This document shows, piece by piece, positions 1 to 12,056 of a stretch of DNA of 64,000 nucleotides. Each line of letters starts with the position of its first letter. Within the stretch, counting starts at the first letter, position 1. This DNA is from Lama glama (lineage: Eukaryota). The stretch lies in contig CM052848.1 in the NCBI GenBank assembly GCA_028534125.1, forward strand, positions 11,656,001 through 11,720,000, read 5' to 3'. The translations under genes were made by a program, and so were the position numbers. The notes under the pieces were generated by a model. It was given only the letters and a program-made list of their open reading frames with translations, was not told the origin of the DNA and searched no databases.

Positions 1-330
1 ACGATGCCAAATTATCCCAGTGACACCCCTTTATAGCCCTGATGCCTGGGACCCCCGAGAGCAGCGGAGAAGCCACCAACTCGGGGCCCGTGGGGACCGC
101 GACGCAGCAGTGAGCGTTGTGGCAGGACGGCTTTCCCTTCTGCCGGGTGGCTAATGAGCAGTGTAGGTGAAGCCCCTCGGGAGGCACCCGGGCACCCTGC
201 CCACCCAAACAGAAGCAAGAGCGAGGTGGCAGCCACAGCCAGAGACCAGGGGGAACGCAGACCCGGGGAAGGGAGCGCTGGCCAAGAAGCAGAAGCCCTC
301 CCGATTCATGAGGTCTGAATGGTGCGAAGG
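1..330. other. GC/CpG-rich patch (possible CpG-island shore)
   Basis: Visibly higher G+C and many CpGs (e.g. GGGACCGCGACGCAGC) than the AT-rich DNA from ~1 kb onward; no coding or promoter signal I can confirm. Confidence 0.4.
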
Positions 331-798
331 AACCCTGCATCCCTTTAAAACATTCAGTTCTCCAAAATATAGTAAAAGCCCGTGATGTCAGTGAGATGTC
401 AAATCAGCTGCGGGACCTTCCCACCGTTTCTCGTCTGGCTGGACCACGGAGCCCTCATGCCCTCTTCTCCAGAGAGATGGGTTATGTACACACTCTCCAC
501 CCACCAGACACATACATAACGTGAGCCCTCCTGTCGACGCTAAATTTAGGTCTGTTTGTGGCTCAACCAGACATAAACAGTGTCAGAAGGACGAATAAGA
601 AAGTGTAGGGTCCACAGACCCCGTGTAACCCACAATCCCTTAGTCGAAATCAGTTTCAGTGCCTTGAAAACTGGTACAGAAAGCAGCACATTCCTGTCGT
701 AAGGTAAACACGTTTCGTCTGTTGTCTGTTTCTGTAACACGTTTTGTTGGCCTGGGCTACGCGATCCCAGTGTATTCATTACATCTCGGCATTTACAA

Positions 799-1001
799 NN
801 NNNNNNNNNNNNNNNNNNNNNNNNNNNNNNNNNNNNNNNNNNNNNNNNNNNNNNNNNNNNNNNNNNNNNNNNNNNNNNNNNNNNNNNNNNNNNNNNNNNN
901 NNNNNNNNNNNNNNNNNNNNNNNNNNNNNNNNNNNNNNNNNNNNNNNNNNNNNNNNNNNNNNNNNNNNNNNNNNNNNNNNNNNNNNNNNNNNNNNNNNNN
1001 N
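799..1001. other. Assembly gap (203 N)
   Basis: Run of N. Confidence 0.99.
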
Positions 1002-1721
1002 TGTTGGGTGTATGTTTCCCTCGGAAGGAGTACCCTGTCAAACAATTAGAATGCTGAAATAAGAGAGAATATTCTTGGTTGCTAAATTGAAGAAAAAGTT
1101 GCCCCGAGATAAAAATTCTTAATGTAAAATTGTACTTTGATTTGGATGGTTTATTTTTGTTATGACATTATGGGAATTTTTTTTTGAATTTTAAGCATAA
1201 AATCATGCAACTCAATTATCAAGATATTTGCATCTGAGAAAATCAAATACTGAAATTAGACTCATAGATTTTTTATGTGGACGTGAATCTGTTTCTTTGT
1301 CATTTCAGTGGGTACTTGGAAGTGTTTTGCCATGAATGCTAATAGGCTTTGTGTTTTAAGTAGTGATTCTGCACATGTTGAAATACAGGCAAATTTGAGC
1401 TGGAGACGTAGACCAAGCGTTTTGCGGAATGCTACTGAAGGAAACCAGACAGGTCCTCCAAAAATGAGAGATCTCCAAACATACCCTTCTTCAAAAGACG
1501 ATGTACCTGCAAGTGTCTGCCTTTCTTCTGGCTGGACGTATATTCTAATAAGGAAGAAAAAAGTTAATTTTAATAAAAAGTCCTCAATCCTTTACCACAC
1601 ACCTATTTTTTTTAAAGGATGATCAAAGGTGCTCACAGATAACCTGTCTACGTCACTAGTAAAACACTGCATGAGGATAATCTGTCATCCATTTCTTTTT
1701 ATTTCTTTTTTTTTTCTGGGG

Positions 1722-1885
1722 NNNNNNNNNNNNNNNNNNNNNNNNNNNNNNNNNNNNNNNNNNNNNNNNNNNNNNNNNNNNNNNNNNNNNNNNNNNNNNN
1801 NNNNNNNNNNNNNNNNNNNNNNNNNNNNNNNNNNNNNNNNNNNNNNNNNNNNNNNNNNNNNNNNNNNNNNNNNNNNNNNNNNNNN
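1722..1885. other. Assembly gap (164 N)
   Basis: Run of N, both flanks G-rich. Confidence 0.99.
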
Positions 1886-2345
1886 CGGGGGAGCAGAGGG
1901 TAAGCAGCTTCGCAGAGAGGAGCCCATTACGACCACCAGGCTGAAATAGATCTAATCAACTCGCAGCCGCTCCAAAGAAAACTTTACAGGTTTAGCTCGC
2001 TAAGGCAGTGCTTTAAAACGATGACTACAAAGGATCACGGGAGCCTGAGAGCATTTAGTCTTTATTGCAGCTCAAGGAAATTTTCTGCTGTGGTTAGCCC
2101 GTGCTAATTTACTGAACATGACAAAGCCTCCCAGCCTGGGTGACATCATTTGTTTAAAGGCCCCGGCGCCCATACCAGAGTATTTCAAATATTACTTTCT
2201 TTTTTTTCTTCAAAAGCAGTTAATTTGTTGATATTTCATCGGTGTTTGGGCTAATTACACGCACCATTATAAATGTCTGGACTAACCTACTTTAACATTT
2301 AATTTAAACAACAATGCTCTGTAATTTGTCATGGTGCTCGCAAAG
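1886..2345. promoter_or_regulatory. Candidate conserved non-coding element / enhancer
   Basis: Unique non-repetitive sequence with several TAAT/ATTA cores (CTAATCAA, GCTAATTTA, GCTAATTAC, TTTAATTTAA) and a SOX-like AACAATG. Conservation not tested. Confidence 0.3.
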
Positions 2346-3266
2346 GAAGGAAAGGTTGCAACTTGGTTTTCTAAGCAATCCACATTGTATCTGTGCATCT
2401 TAAAAAGAGGAAATGCCTGACCGGAAGGGGACCTTGAGAAACAGATGTGGTGTGTTCACACCCTCAGCTTCAGAATTACGCTAAGTTACAGAGCAATTCT
2501 GATAATAAATAATACTAGAATCTGGATGCATTGAAAATGCTCTACCAAAGTTCTGAATTTTTATAAATACTCACACTGGATTGTAAATCCATCTCCCTTT
2601 GAATGGAAAATAAACAGAGGGAAATTATTAAGGCCAGAATGATGCATATGTTAGATGGAAACCAAATTACTATTTGTCTTTTTTTCCCCCCTTTTAGTTG
2701 TTGGAAGTCTTTGTAAAGATTTGCAGAGGTAAATCTGCTTTTGTTTAAATAATCAAGATTTGGAAACTCTGCAGGAGTTACATGATACGTTGTTTAGAAT
2801 GCTGTGTGTGATCACAAATACGTACACACACACACTTATTAAATATATTGATGACTAATGAATTCACTGATCATACCACTGAAAGAAATTACAGGGGAGC
2901 ACTCAGATCACTGAGTTTAAGTTAATCACAGATGATAGTCTGCAATCTGTTTCCTTCAGAAATTTTCTGTCCAAGGAAGATACAGTAGACCCAAAAGATA
3001 AGTAGAGAAGAAGCAGAGATGAGATGAATTTTGAGTTATGTATCAGTTTCCCAGAGCTTAAAAGGGTGCCTGGACTTTGCTTCATGTCAAGGATTCCAGA
3101 TGCATCGTAAAAATCCATATCTGAATAGGATTTGTAAATTTCTGACTTTCATCAGACTTTCCATTATTATGTGTTTGATCTACATGCCTGGAGTTCAAGC
3201 TGGATTTGTATGTAAATCCAAGAAAAATTTCCCTTCTTTAGTTTTTTTCAATTTTGTTTCCTTCAG

Positions 3267-3323
3267 GTAACAGGAAGCTACTTAAAATTTCAGCACCAAG
3301 ATCCAGCAGCACCCCTAAAACAG
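3267..3323 (+). other. Candidate 57-nt internal exon
   Basis: Long pyrimidine tract ending TTTGTTTCCTTCAG (AG at 3265-3266) and donor CAG|GTACAG at 3323/3324; length divisible by 3; no recognised protein match. Confidence 0.3.
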
Positions 3324-4683
3324 GTACAGATATTTCTAGAACTGTGAGACCGAAGAGGTCAGTCCTCACCAGAGCCACACATTCATTGTAGTCACAGGAC
3401 CCCAAAGGCCAGATTTATTTCTGTCTCTGTCGGTGACAGTTCCTAGTGGCCTCAAATGTGCAAGCAATTAGACAGCTGTACGTATAATTGGTTTGACATG
3501 CCTGTTCTTTTCCTCCAGAGAAACTACCTTTAAAATTTCCACGGATAGATTTTTGACTATATAGATAACTTTTAAAAATGTGAAGTTTTATCATGAAAAT
3601 TAAAAGACTTTTGGAGAGTATGCTGGGGTTGGCTTGATCCTTGAATAGAGAGAACTGAGCAGTTGGGGCCCAAGACATGAAAAGTTTGACACTTTTATCT
3701 GTAAATTGCGGTCTGTTCCAAAACCTGATGACAACACAGTACATATTTATAATTGTCAGAAAAAAGCAGCAGAGGGAGGCTAGGTAGGGTCAGGTAAGAC
3801 ACAACTGGAACCATCAGTATTAGCCCATCTGGAAAAACAAGTCAACATAAATGGCCAATCGATAGCTTCATTTTCACCTACAAAGCAGGGGCTCTTGGAC
3901 CCTCCTCTTGTTATCTGGAATAGAAAATAAAAATTACCAACAATCAAAATCTTAAACTGGATAGCTCTAAGACTCATGCAGTAATAGGAGCACAGTCGTG
4001 AAGTTAGAATATTGGTGAAAACGAGGGGAGATTTATAACCATAGCTAGAAAAAGCCCCGGAGGAAGTAAACTTTTACTGAGCACACGAGTGTATAATTTT
4101 AGGAGACGCTGAGCTCTTGGCCGCTTTGCTTATGTATGTGTTATGGGAGGATCTGTTTATCATGGATTTTATCGTGATGTTTACCAGTTGATTTTACCCC
4201 TTGAGCAAGTCCATGTAGTGTGTCTCTAATCAATGTCACACATGGCCCAGAAGGTCATTAAGGGACAGCCTTGTCACGGGAGCCTCCAAAGGACAGATGA
4301 GAGACTGCGAAGAGAATGTGAACTCAGGCACACAGGCATCCATTTCCAGATAGTCAGAGTTTGGGACAAGAGGAACCCCCCCCCCCAGCCACCGCCAGAA
4401 AATAACACCAGCATTCTAAAGAGCACGTTGTAGATCTTGTTTTTGAAGGAAACAACAATGGTTCTGAAAGCACTTGAATTTGCTTTACTGTTTTATTTCT
4501 TCTACAAAGATCACAGCCATGCCATGTGTGATTCAGCCGAGAGACATGGCGGCACTGGCGGATTCATAGACTGAATTCCTTGGGGCTGTCCTTTTTGACT
4601 GGCTACCTCCATGTGGTTTGGCTCTCTAGCCAAGTTCACAAGGCTTTATGTTTCTTATTATGATTTATTTTTAAACCTCTGTG

Positions 4684-4719
4684 TACTCTAGTTTTGTGCT
4701 ACTCTAGTCTTGTGCTACT
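4684..4719. repeat. Short tandem duplication, 16-bp unit
   Basis: TACTCTAGTTTTGTGC followed by TACTCTAGTCTTGTGC then TACT. Confidence 0.85.
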
Positions 4720-5685
4720 GGGTAAGGATCTAATTTTCTTTAAATGCCAGATCCTCAACATGGAATCCTAAAGATGTGCTAATTAAACTCAAGCCATTTC
4801 ACATCTATTAATCCAGACTGTGAGCTTTCATCAAATTTTGTATGTTAAGTAGGGTTTAGGGCTGGTCAACAGATGCACCTCATTCACAAATGTGCTGAAC
4901 AACCAGCAGTAACCATTCATAAGTCAGAGGGTTCTTTTTTTCTTCCTTTCCTTGTTCAGATGCTGAAGGATTATATTTCAGTTCAGTTAAACATTTGGCA
5001 CCAGCAGAGAAAACTACATTTGATGGCTCCCCTGACTGTATCTTAGTTGTAGTTATTTTAATTATTTCCAACATTTAGCTTTTCTCCCCATAATGGTTAT
5101 TCTTTCTTTGATTCCACCATTGAGATAAGCCATCACCAGCACCCCCTACTGGACAGAGCAAGACCAGCCCAAGGTGACCTGACATCCCACCAGGACGTGG
5201 CACCCGTCCTTTCTTCCCAAGAAGCTGTTCGCATCCCAGCCAAAACCACAAGAAAGACTCTGTCATGAAGGAATGGAGCTCCAAAACCCTCTGAGGAGGA
5301 CAGAGGGACAAAGAACTTGGCTTTTTTAGAGAAGAGTTTCAGTAAAAAAAAAAATGCTGTATTAAATGGCAGTCATTAAAATCATTAATGTTTCTGTGTT
5401 CTTGGAAAAGACACTGAGAGGGAATAGAGCCCGTGCCTCAAAAGACAAACCCACAGAAAGATGGAGACCATCCAGTGTCACACCCCACACCTTTATCAAG
5501 CTTTTTAAAGGAAGAAAGTTTATATACAAAGTGAAGTTCAGAGCTTAACACAGAAGCATGAGGTTTCCTAGAGATGCTTCCCTGGATCCGTCCCTAGTGA
5601 GTGGTACCTGACGATAAAAAGGCTATGCAAATGACGCTTCAAAATCCAAGTTGAAGTCCAAAGATCTCTGGCCAAAGGGTTCCTT

Positions 5686-5702
5686 TCTGCCCCCTGGTGG
5701 AT
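5686..5702 (-). promoter_or_regulatory. CTCF-like binding motif
   Basis: Minus strand reads CCACCAGGGGGCAG, a close match to the CTCF core CCASYAGRKGGCRS. Confidence 0.55.
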
Positions 5703-8039
5703 GGAGACGTATTTCTACATGCCCATTATGTTAACTTGTAAAATGAGGACTTCAATGATTTTCTGAAAGTGGGTTTCTGAAAAAGTCAAACTGTGATGTG
5801 GTCAGAGCTAACCAATTTTCTTTTTAGCGAATGCCTTGTAACAAAGTGACCATTTAATATGGACAATTCTGTGCTTCCCCTGTCGTTTAATATGTGAAGA
5901 GACACTCCTAGTGGGGCACGTGGCTCTAGGCACTGTGGTCTTGGGAGATTCTCCACCGAGTGTTTCTTTCTCCAGATCAGTTTCTCTCCCCTTCTCATCT
6001 GTCCCTATCCAAAACAGAAGCTAAAAAGAAAAAGGATACCCTGATCTCCCGTCATCTCCTTCCCTGCATTTTTTCCTGGCATCCATCCTGTAAAATTTTA
6101 GTCTTTTTTCTTATCTTTTCCTCTCCGATGCTCATGGCAATATTTGCTACACTATTGCTTTCAACAGATGAATGACTTTGAAGGGCTAGCCACTTAAAGT
6201 CTTCATGGAATTTCTGGGTCAAATAAAATAAAAACAGTATTAGAACAAATTAATAAACGCATGATAGGACGGCACCCAGAGAGATTTCATTTTAATTTTG
6301 TCACCCTTAAAGAAGTATTTTTGAGTATGATCTGCTCTGAAATTTTATAAAATTCTTGCCAAAGGTAAAAATAATATGTAGTGATGACAGTCCCTTATCA
6401 CAGATGCACATAGTGTGGAACCTATGCCTAGCCACAGGATTTCACAATCTTTGGGGATTGGTAATTCACATGGTGCAAAATCCCATTTGCAACCTAGCTT
6501 TCCCCAATCCCGTGAGATTCATTGTGAGAGCATTTTAATAGGATAGTTTTCTTAGAGTTGAAAACTCTAGAATGATAGCCCCTCGTCTAAGACTGGGGGA
6601 CATTAGGCAGGGCGGAGATAATGAATTGGTGGCATAAGAAATGGCTTACCTTTTACATTTTTTATCCTGTCAGTGCTTCCCTTTCCAAACTTTCGCTACA
6701 TTTTTACAATTTCTACTCTGAGACGCTGGACTGTTACCACATCCATCTCTTCCAGGGACAATGACTGGAAGGGCACTCATTTAAAATGTGCACCCCTCCT
6801 TCCAATTCCACACCCTAGAAATGCCGTTTCATCTCCTACAACCTGGGAGAAGACGATGCTTTATCGAATAAGGCATTTCTTTATTGAATAAGGACTTATA
6901 AGAAGTTCCCACTTCTGCGCACACCTTTTTTTTATTCCATGGTAAGTGTTGATTGAAGACCAATCAATGTTTTACTTTAACCAAAATAAATTTAACCTGG
7001 GCAATTCTACGCCCCCGCTGTCCTTTAACACGCAAAGAGGCATTTCTAGTGGGGCACATGGCTCCATGCTTTGTAGTCCTGGGAGAGTCTCCGCTATGTG
7101 TTTGCTGGTATTTTTCATTTTTACTTTCAGGATGCTCAAGTTCACGTGAAAATAACTCTCTCAGAAATGGCTCCTAAGTTTCCAGGAACAAAAGCCAAAT
7201 AGGAATTTCCTTCTGTTCACCTTCTCCAGACAGTCCACACTTCAGAATGTCCAGTGAAGTCTGAAAACTGAGCAGAACATGCATGTCAGCTTAATCCTGG
7301 TGGCAGTACCAACACTGACACGTGGACCCAAGGACTGAGGGATGGGAGAGGTGTGAGGACGATGTGGGGCCTCGGCCACGTGGAATTAGATTTCTCTCCA
7401 ACTGCTAGCACCAGGCTGGGGGATCGTGTGTCATTCTTATAGCAAATCATCACTTGGAAAGTCCAACTTCTGACTTAAAGGGGAAAAAATCTCCTCTCTG
7501 TAGTTAGTGGTTATCCAGGAGTCGAGACGTGAGATCTGCCGAGGATCTCTCTTTTGTAGTTGTCAGGACCCGCGGTCTGGCCAGGCTCCGCCAAACTTTG
7601 GCATCGTGACACATACTTAAGCATTTAGATCTTCACCCAGCTGCAAGTCCTAAACAAAAACAACAGGACTTTTTCCCTGAAAAAAAAATATTTAGACCCT
7701 AAAATTAGCACATACGTCAAAGGAAAGTAATCAAATGGAGATGAAAAAATTCAATCCAGATAAAAGGAAAAAGGTGAAACCAACCACATGACTTTTGCCT
7801 TTCGATCTGTCTCTCTTGGTAAACAGAGAACTTGACCTGAAAACCTTCAATCCACAGCGTTTTAATTCAGTCCTTGTCACTGGAAGAAAATGAAGAAGAA
7901 AGAGGAGGAGAAGGAGAATCTACAATCAGGGCAAAAAGTAACCCCATTTAGTAATTCAGAAGATTTCCCAACTTTTGGGGGGTGTGTGAATTCTCCTCTG
8001 TGGTATAACGTTTAAGAATGAAATTTAAATTACCTCCTT

Positions 8040-8265
8040 CAAGTGGTCCTGTGACTTTAATTATTCAAAAAGTACACCAATTTAATGAGTTTTTAAATAT
8101 TAAAACTCTTCTCTATTGTCACCACCTCCACGATCTATTGTGAGCTCTTAATTTACAGAGCAATTAAGTCAAGACCCTCATTTATCAGGACATGTGCATT
8201 TGTTGGAAATGTCATCAGTTTTTATTAATTGATGCTATAGAAATACCGGGATGAAATTAGTGTGT
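8040..8265. promoter_or_regulatory. Candidate homeodomain/SOX-rich enhancer block
   Basis: Dense TTAATTA, TTTAATGAG, TTAATTTAC, CAATTAAG, TATTAATTG plus two CTATTGT (SOX-like) within ~220 bp of unique sequence. Confidence 0.35.
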
Positions 8266-9814
8266 GTCTTCCGAGGTCATGCCCATGGTGGGGGCGTGGG
8301 GAGCCAGGGGCAGGACGTGAGATAAGTAAGTCCTCGCTATTTCCCGATTCCTCCAGGGATCGCGGAAATGTTGAGTGACGCAGTGGTGACCATTCTCAGC
8401 CAAAATGCTCAAAAGAAGATGCGCCCTGAGTTTTTCTCTGGCAAACATCTGTCATGGGTAGTAGCTGAGAAATAGGGAAACTTCAAAGCCATACTTTCTG
8501 ATTATTAGCAGAGTGTGGAGTGTAATGTTTTTACATTTTAATGCACACCAAGTGTTGATGAGCTGAGAGAACAAAATTAAAAAGTAGCCCAAATTTCCTT
8601 TGTTCTTCGGACGGGGCTGACAGGAGCACTTGCAGTGGTGCTGTCCCCAGTCCTTATCACCTTGCAAGGCATGAAGAACCCCTGCTCCCTCCGGAGCAGA
8701 TGCTGGGAGGGGAACAGGACCAGACAGGACCCGCCCTGCTGACCACTTAGAGCCACCATGGCTCCTGCCAGCCATCTGGTGTTCAACATAAATCAGTCAA
8801 GGAGCATCTTATTCAAGAAAGTGGTTACAAAGGAGCCTGACTAAGTTCACATGGTCCACCGTCGCCTTTGGAGGTGTCCACTGCCTCGAAAACCTTTGCT
8901 GTAAAGGTTAAAGTACGAAGACACTTTCTGTTTTGAACTATAAACACAGGGCGTGAAAAACATGTGAGCAGTTCTGTCAACATTTCAGCCAGTGGCTGGA
9001 GGGACGTGAGCACAAAGGGACTGTTTCCTTAAATAGGCAATGGGCAGGTAGACCTAGTGTTCGCATTTCTTCACCACGTTTTTTTAAGAGTAGGTCAGAC
9101 GGTGCCAGCATCTCCAAGCGTTCCTTAATCCCGAATCTCCACCATCCACGCTGGAAATGAATACAGCCACAGAGAACACAACACCACAAAAGGATGCTTC
9201 CGGAGGTGGACCAAGCGGGACACCTGCCTCCCTGGCGCACCTGTCAGTCTAGCAAATTCCAGTGTTAATCAAGGAAGCTGACAGGTTGTCCTCTCCGGTC
9301 CCTGAAGATAAGGTTAAAGGGAAAACCAGCATTTCACTCCTAATTCCCCGTGGTTTGGACCCATGGTCTCTTTCGTGCCACAGAGTTTGATGGGCCAATG
9401 CCACGTGGTCCCCTGCAACCAGGACTTGGTTAATATTCACCCATTTCTCATTCGGACAGGCAGCAAAGTTTGAAAAAAAAAAGAAAAACGCAAGCAGCAG
9501 GGCGACAAACGCTGTCTTCTGCAAATGCTCTGTAATAAATTGTTCTTTCAGCAGTGCGGAAGACAGATTTTTCTTTCCTTTGCTTCTTTCCTCCTTTGCT
9601 GGGAAGCCACCAATGGGAGGCTGGCTTTCCCACCTGGCCCTGGCCGCCTGTGCCCATAAATTTGCCTGCGAGATGCCTGTTTACGGGTCGCTGATGGAAC
9701 AGGGAGCCGGTGCATTTTGTAAGCACCGGGCAGATAATCATGGTAATTGATGTTTGGAGCCGTGAGCTCCTCGGAGCACGGGGTCTCTTTCTCCCGGTGA
9801 GGCCCTGCTCTGTG

Positions 9815-10018
9815 NNNNNNNNNNNNNNNNNNNNNNNNNNNNNNNNNNNNNNNNNNNNNNNNNNNNNNNNNNNNNNNNNNNNNNNNNNNNNNNNNNNNNN
9901 NNNNNNNNNNNNNNNNNNNNNNNNNNNNNNNNNNNNNNNNNNNNNNNNNNNNNNNNNNNNNNNNNNNNNNNNNNNNNNNNNNNNNNNNNNNNNNNNNNNN
10001 NNNNNNNNNNNNNNNNNN
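9815..10018. other. Assembly gap (204 N)
   Basis: Run of N. Confidence 0.99.
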
Positions 10019-10042
10019 CTGCTTTCCTACATCAGCAGGCCC

Positions 10043-10110
10043 TGCATGTGCGTGTGCGTGTGCGTGCGTGTGTGTGCGTGTGCATGCGTGTGTGTGTGTG
10101 TGTGTGCACG
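10043..10110. repeat. (TG/CG)n alternating purine-pyrimidine microsatellite
   Basis: 68 bp of uninterrupted Y-R alternation (TGCATGTGCGTGTGCGTG...TGTGCACG). Confidence 0.9.
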
Positions 10111-11899
10111 AAGGGAGGGAGAGGGAGAGAGAAGGAAAAAAAAATCAGGTGTTCACGTAGACTACTCAAATGCATCTTATTTTCATTAACTGCCAGATTT
10201 TGCAAAATGGGAAACGATTTATCACGAGCCGTTTTCCCCCATCAACCACCTCCCCAGCCAACCCCGTGACTTTCTCCGTGACCTTGTGCTGTGTTGGAGG
10301 GTCTGACTTGCCATTGTTACTGGCTGCGTGATCCAAGGCCCCTCCCCCGTGGCCTTTTTTTCCCCTCCCCCAACCAAAACCCAGTCATTTATATTCCGAG
10401 GCTAAACGGTATTCTTTTGGCCCCCAAAGCTGGCGAGCTGTATAACACTGGTAATTCCTTCTAACGAATTTCCAGAGAGCTCCCCTGCACACCCTTCCTC
10501 TCTCTCCCACACACACACAGCCGCGCACGCGCACACCCCACGCGCACACCCTCCCAGGCACCCCTTAAGCTGCTCTAAGCAGTGTATTAAGTAGCTGTAG
10601 AAAATCCGTTCACATTCTGCTGTGGCGCTTTCTTCTCAAGTCATGAACCCATCACAGACTTTTCTAGCGGTGGGTTGCCACGGTGAAGATTTACAATGCC
10701 AGTTATTCATACATCTGCCTTCTCTTTTCTCCCCCCCTTATTCTTAAATCCCTTGAGCGAGGGCAACCTTGATACTGAGACTCGTAAAATTCATGCAGGC
10801 TTAGTTTAGCATCCTTGGTGAAGGCTCCAGGCGGCGTCCTGCATCCTGGGCCCGCTCAGCACCATGGCGGGTGGGCCCCGGGCTTTTATTTCCAACGAGG
10901 GGGAGGGAGTCGGGAGGACCAAGGTATCATTGTAGGACACACAATAGAAAACTTACATTTTTTTTTAAATAAAAGCAGTATCTGTTTCACTGATGGTTTA
11001 CTAATTTTTTTAAATTACTTTTGGGTCTCTCGAGGCCAGGGTTTATTTGATGCTGGAGCATTAAATAAAAAGTGACCTTACTTTGGGTAACACAGTGTTA
11101 GAAAGTACACTCATCAGTGTTTGAGTGCTAACGGAGCAGCGACACAGACCTGCTCACGTCTCATCAAAAAACCGGTGGGAGGAAACCTCAATGCTTCGGA
11201 AGATGTGCCTTTGACGGCCAGTGTTTATCTGGGGATGCTCTCCTCACTTAATTTCACTTCATTAGTTCTTCTTCCCGTAGTGATTACTAAATGTGTTATT
11301 CTTAAAGACTGTGGAAAGGAGGGAAAAATAAATATTTTCAGCAGCAAAAATGAATATTTTAATGAAGTCACTGAAATTTCCCCCAATCTGAAACAGAATA
11401 AATCATATAATGACATAATAGAAAAATATGGTCAAATCATTAAAAGAAAAAAAGACTTGTATTTGTAACCTATTGCTGGGAAATAACGTTGGTGACCGTG
11501 GCAGGTGATAATCCGAAACCCACTTTAAAAAGTGGACAAAATGAGTTTTAGCTGAACTGAAATAGAATTCTGTCTCAGAATGGTCATTTTTTTTAGTATC
11601 ATATTTTCATTTATTATTTTCAGTAATACAGACAGTGGCACCCCCGGCATCATTCAGTTCCTGGGCTGTGGCTGGCGTGTCTGCAGAGGCACCTGGTCCC
11701 ACACTGCCACCTGGGCCACCAGGGTGCTAGTGGCTGAGCAGGTGAGTGATGCTCGAGGTGCTCGGGCCCGGCTGGTGGCAAAGATGCTCTGGGGACCACA
11801 TTCTGACTGACTTTGAAGCATCAGTGAGTATGCCCCAGGCTACCTTGCAGACGGTGTACAGCTTTGGGAGAGGCTGTGGGTTTTTACTGTGCATCAAGG

Positions 11900-12056
11900 A
11901 GTCCAGGAAGGTGCTAGGAGAGACAGCCAAGGAGGGGCCTAGCCTTGTCCTCCCGCGTCTGTGCCCGCGCGGCTCGGTCTCCTCTGTAAGATGAGGAGTG
12001 TGTGCTAGCTTATCGTGAAGCTCCTTTCTTGTCTTCCATCATCTAGTTGTGATTCA
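11900..12056 (+). mobile_element. MIR3-like SINE relic
   Basis: CTCTGTAAGATGAGGAGTGTGTGCTAG...AAGCTCCTTTC...GTGATTC resembles the MIR core plus L3-derived tail; highly diverged. Confidence 0.5.

Noticed and set aside
9448-9741. 97-aa minus-strand ORF with ACCATG start as a coding exon
   Set aside because: No recognisable homology, weak donor support, and it runs into low-complexity A/T tracts.
10856-10876. REST/NRSE site (TCAGCACCATGG); also TTCAGCACCA at ~3289
   Set aside because: Only the left half matches; the GGACAG right half is missing.
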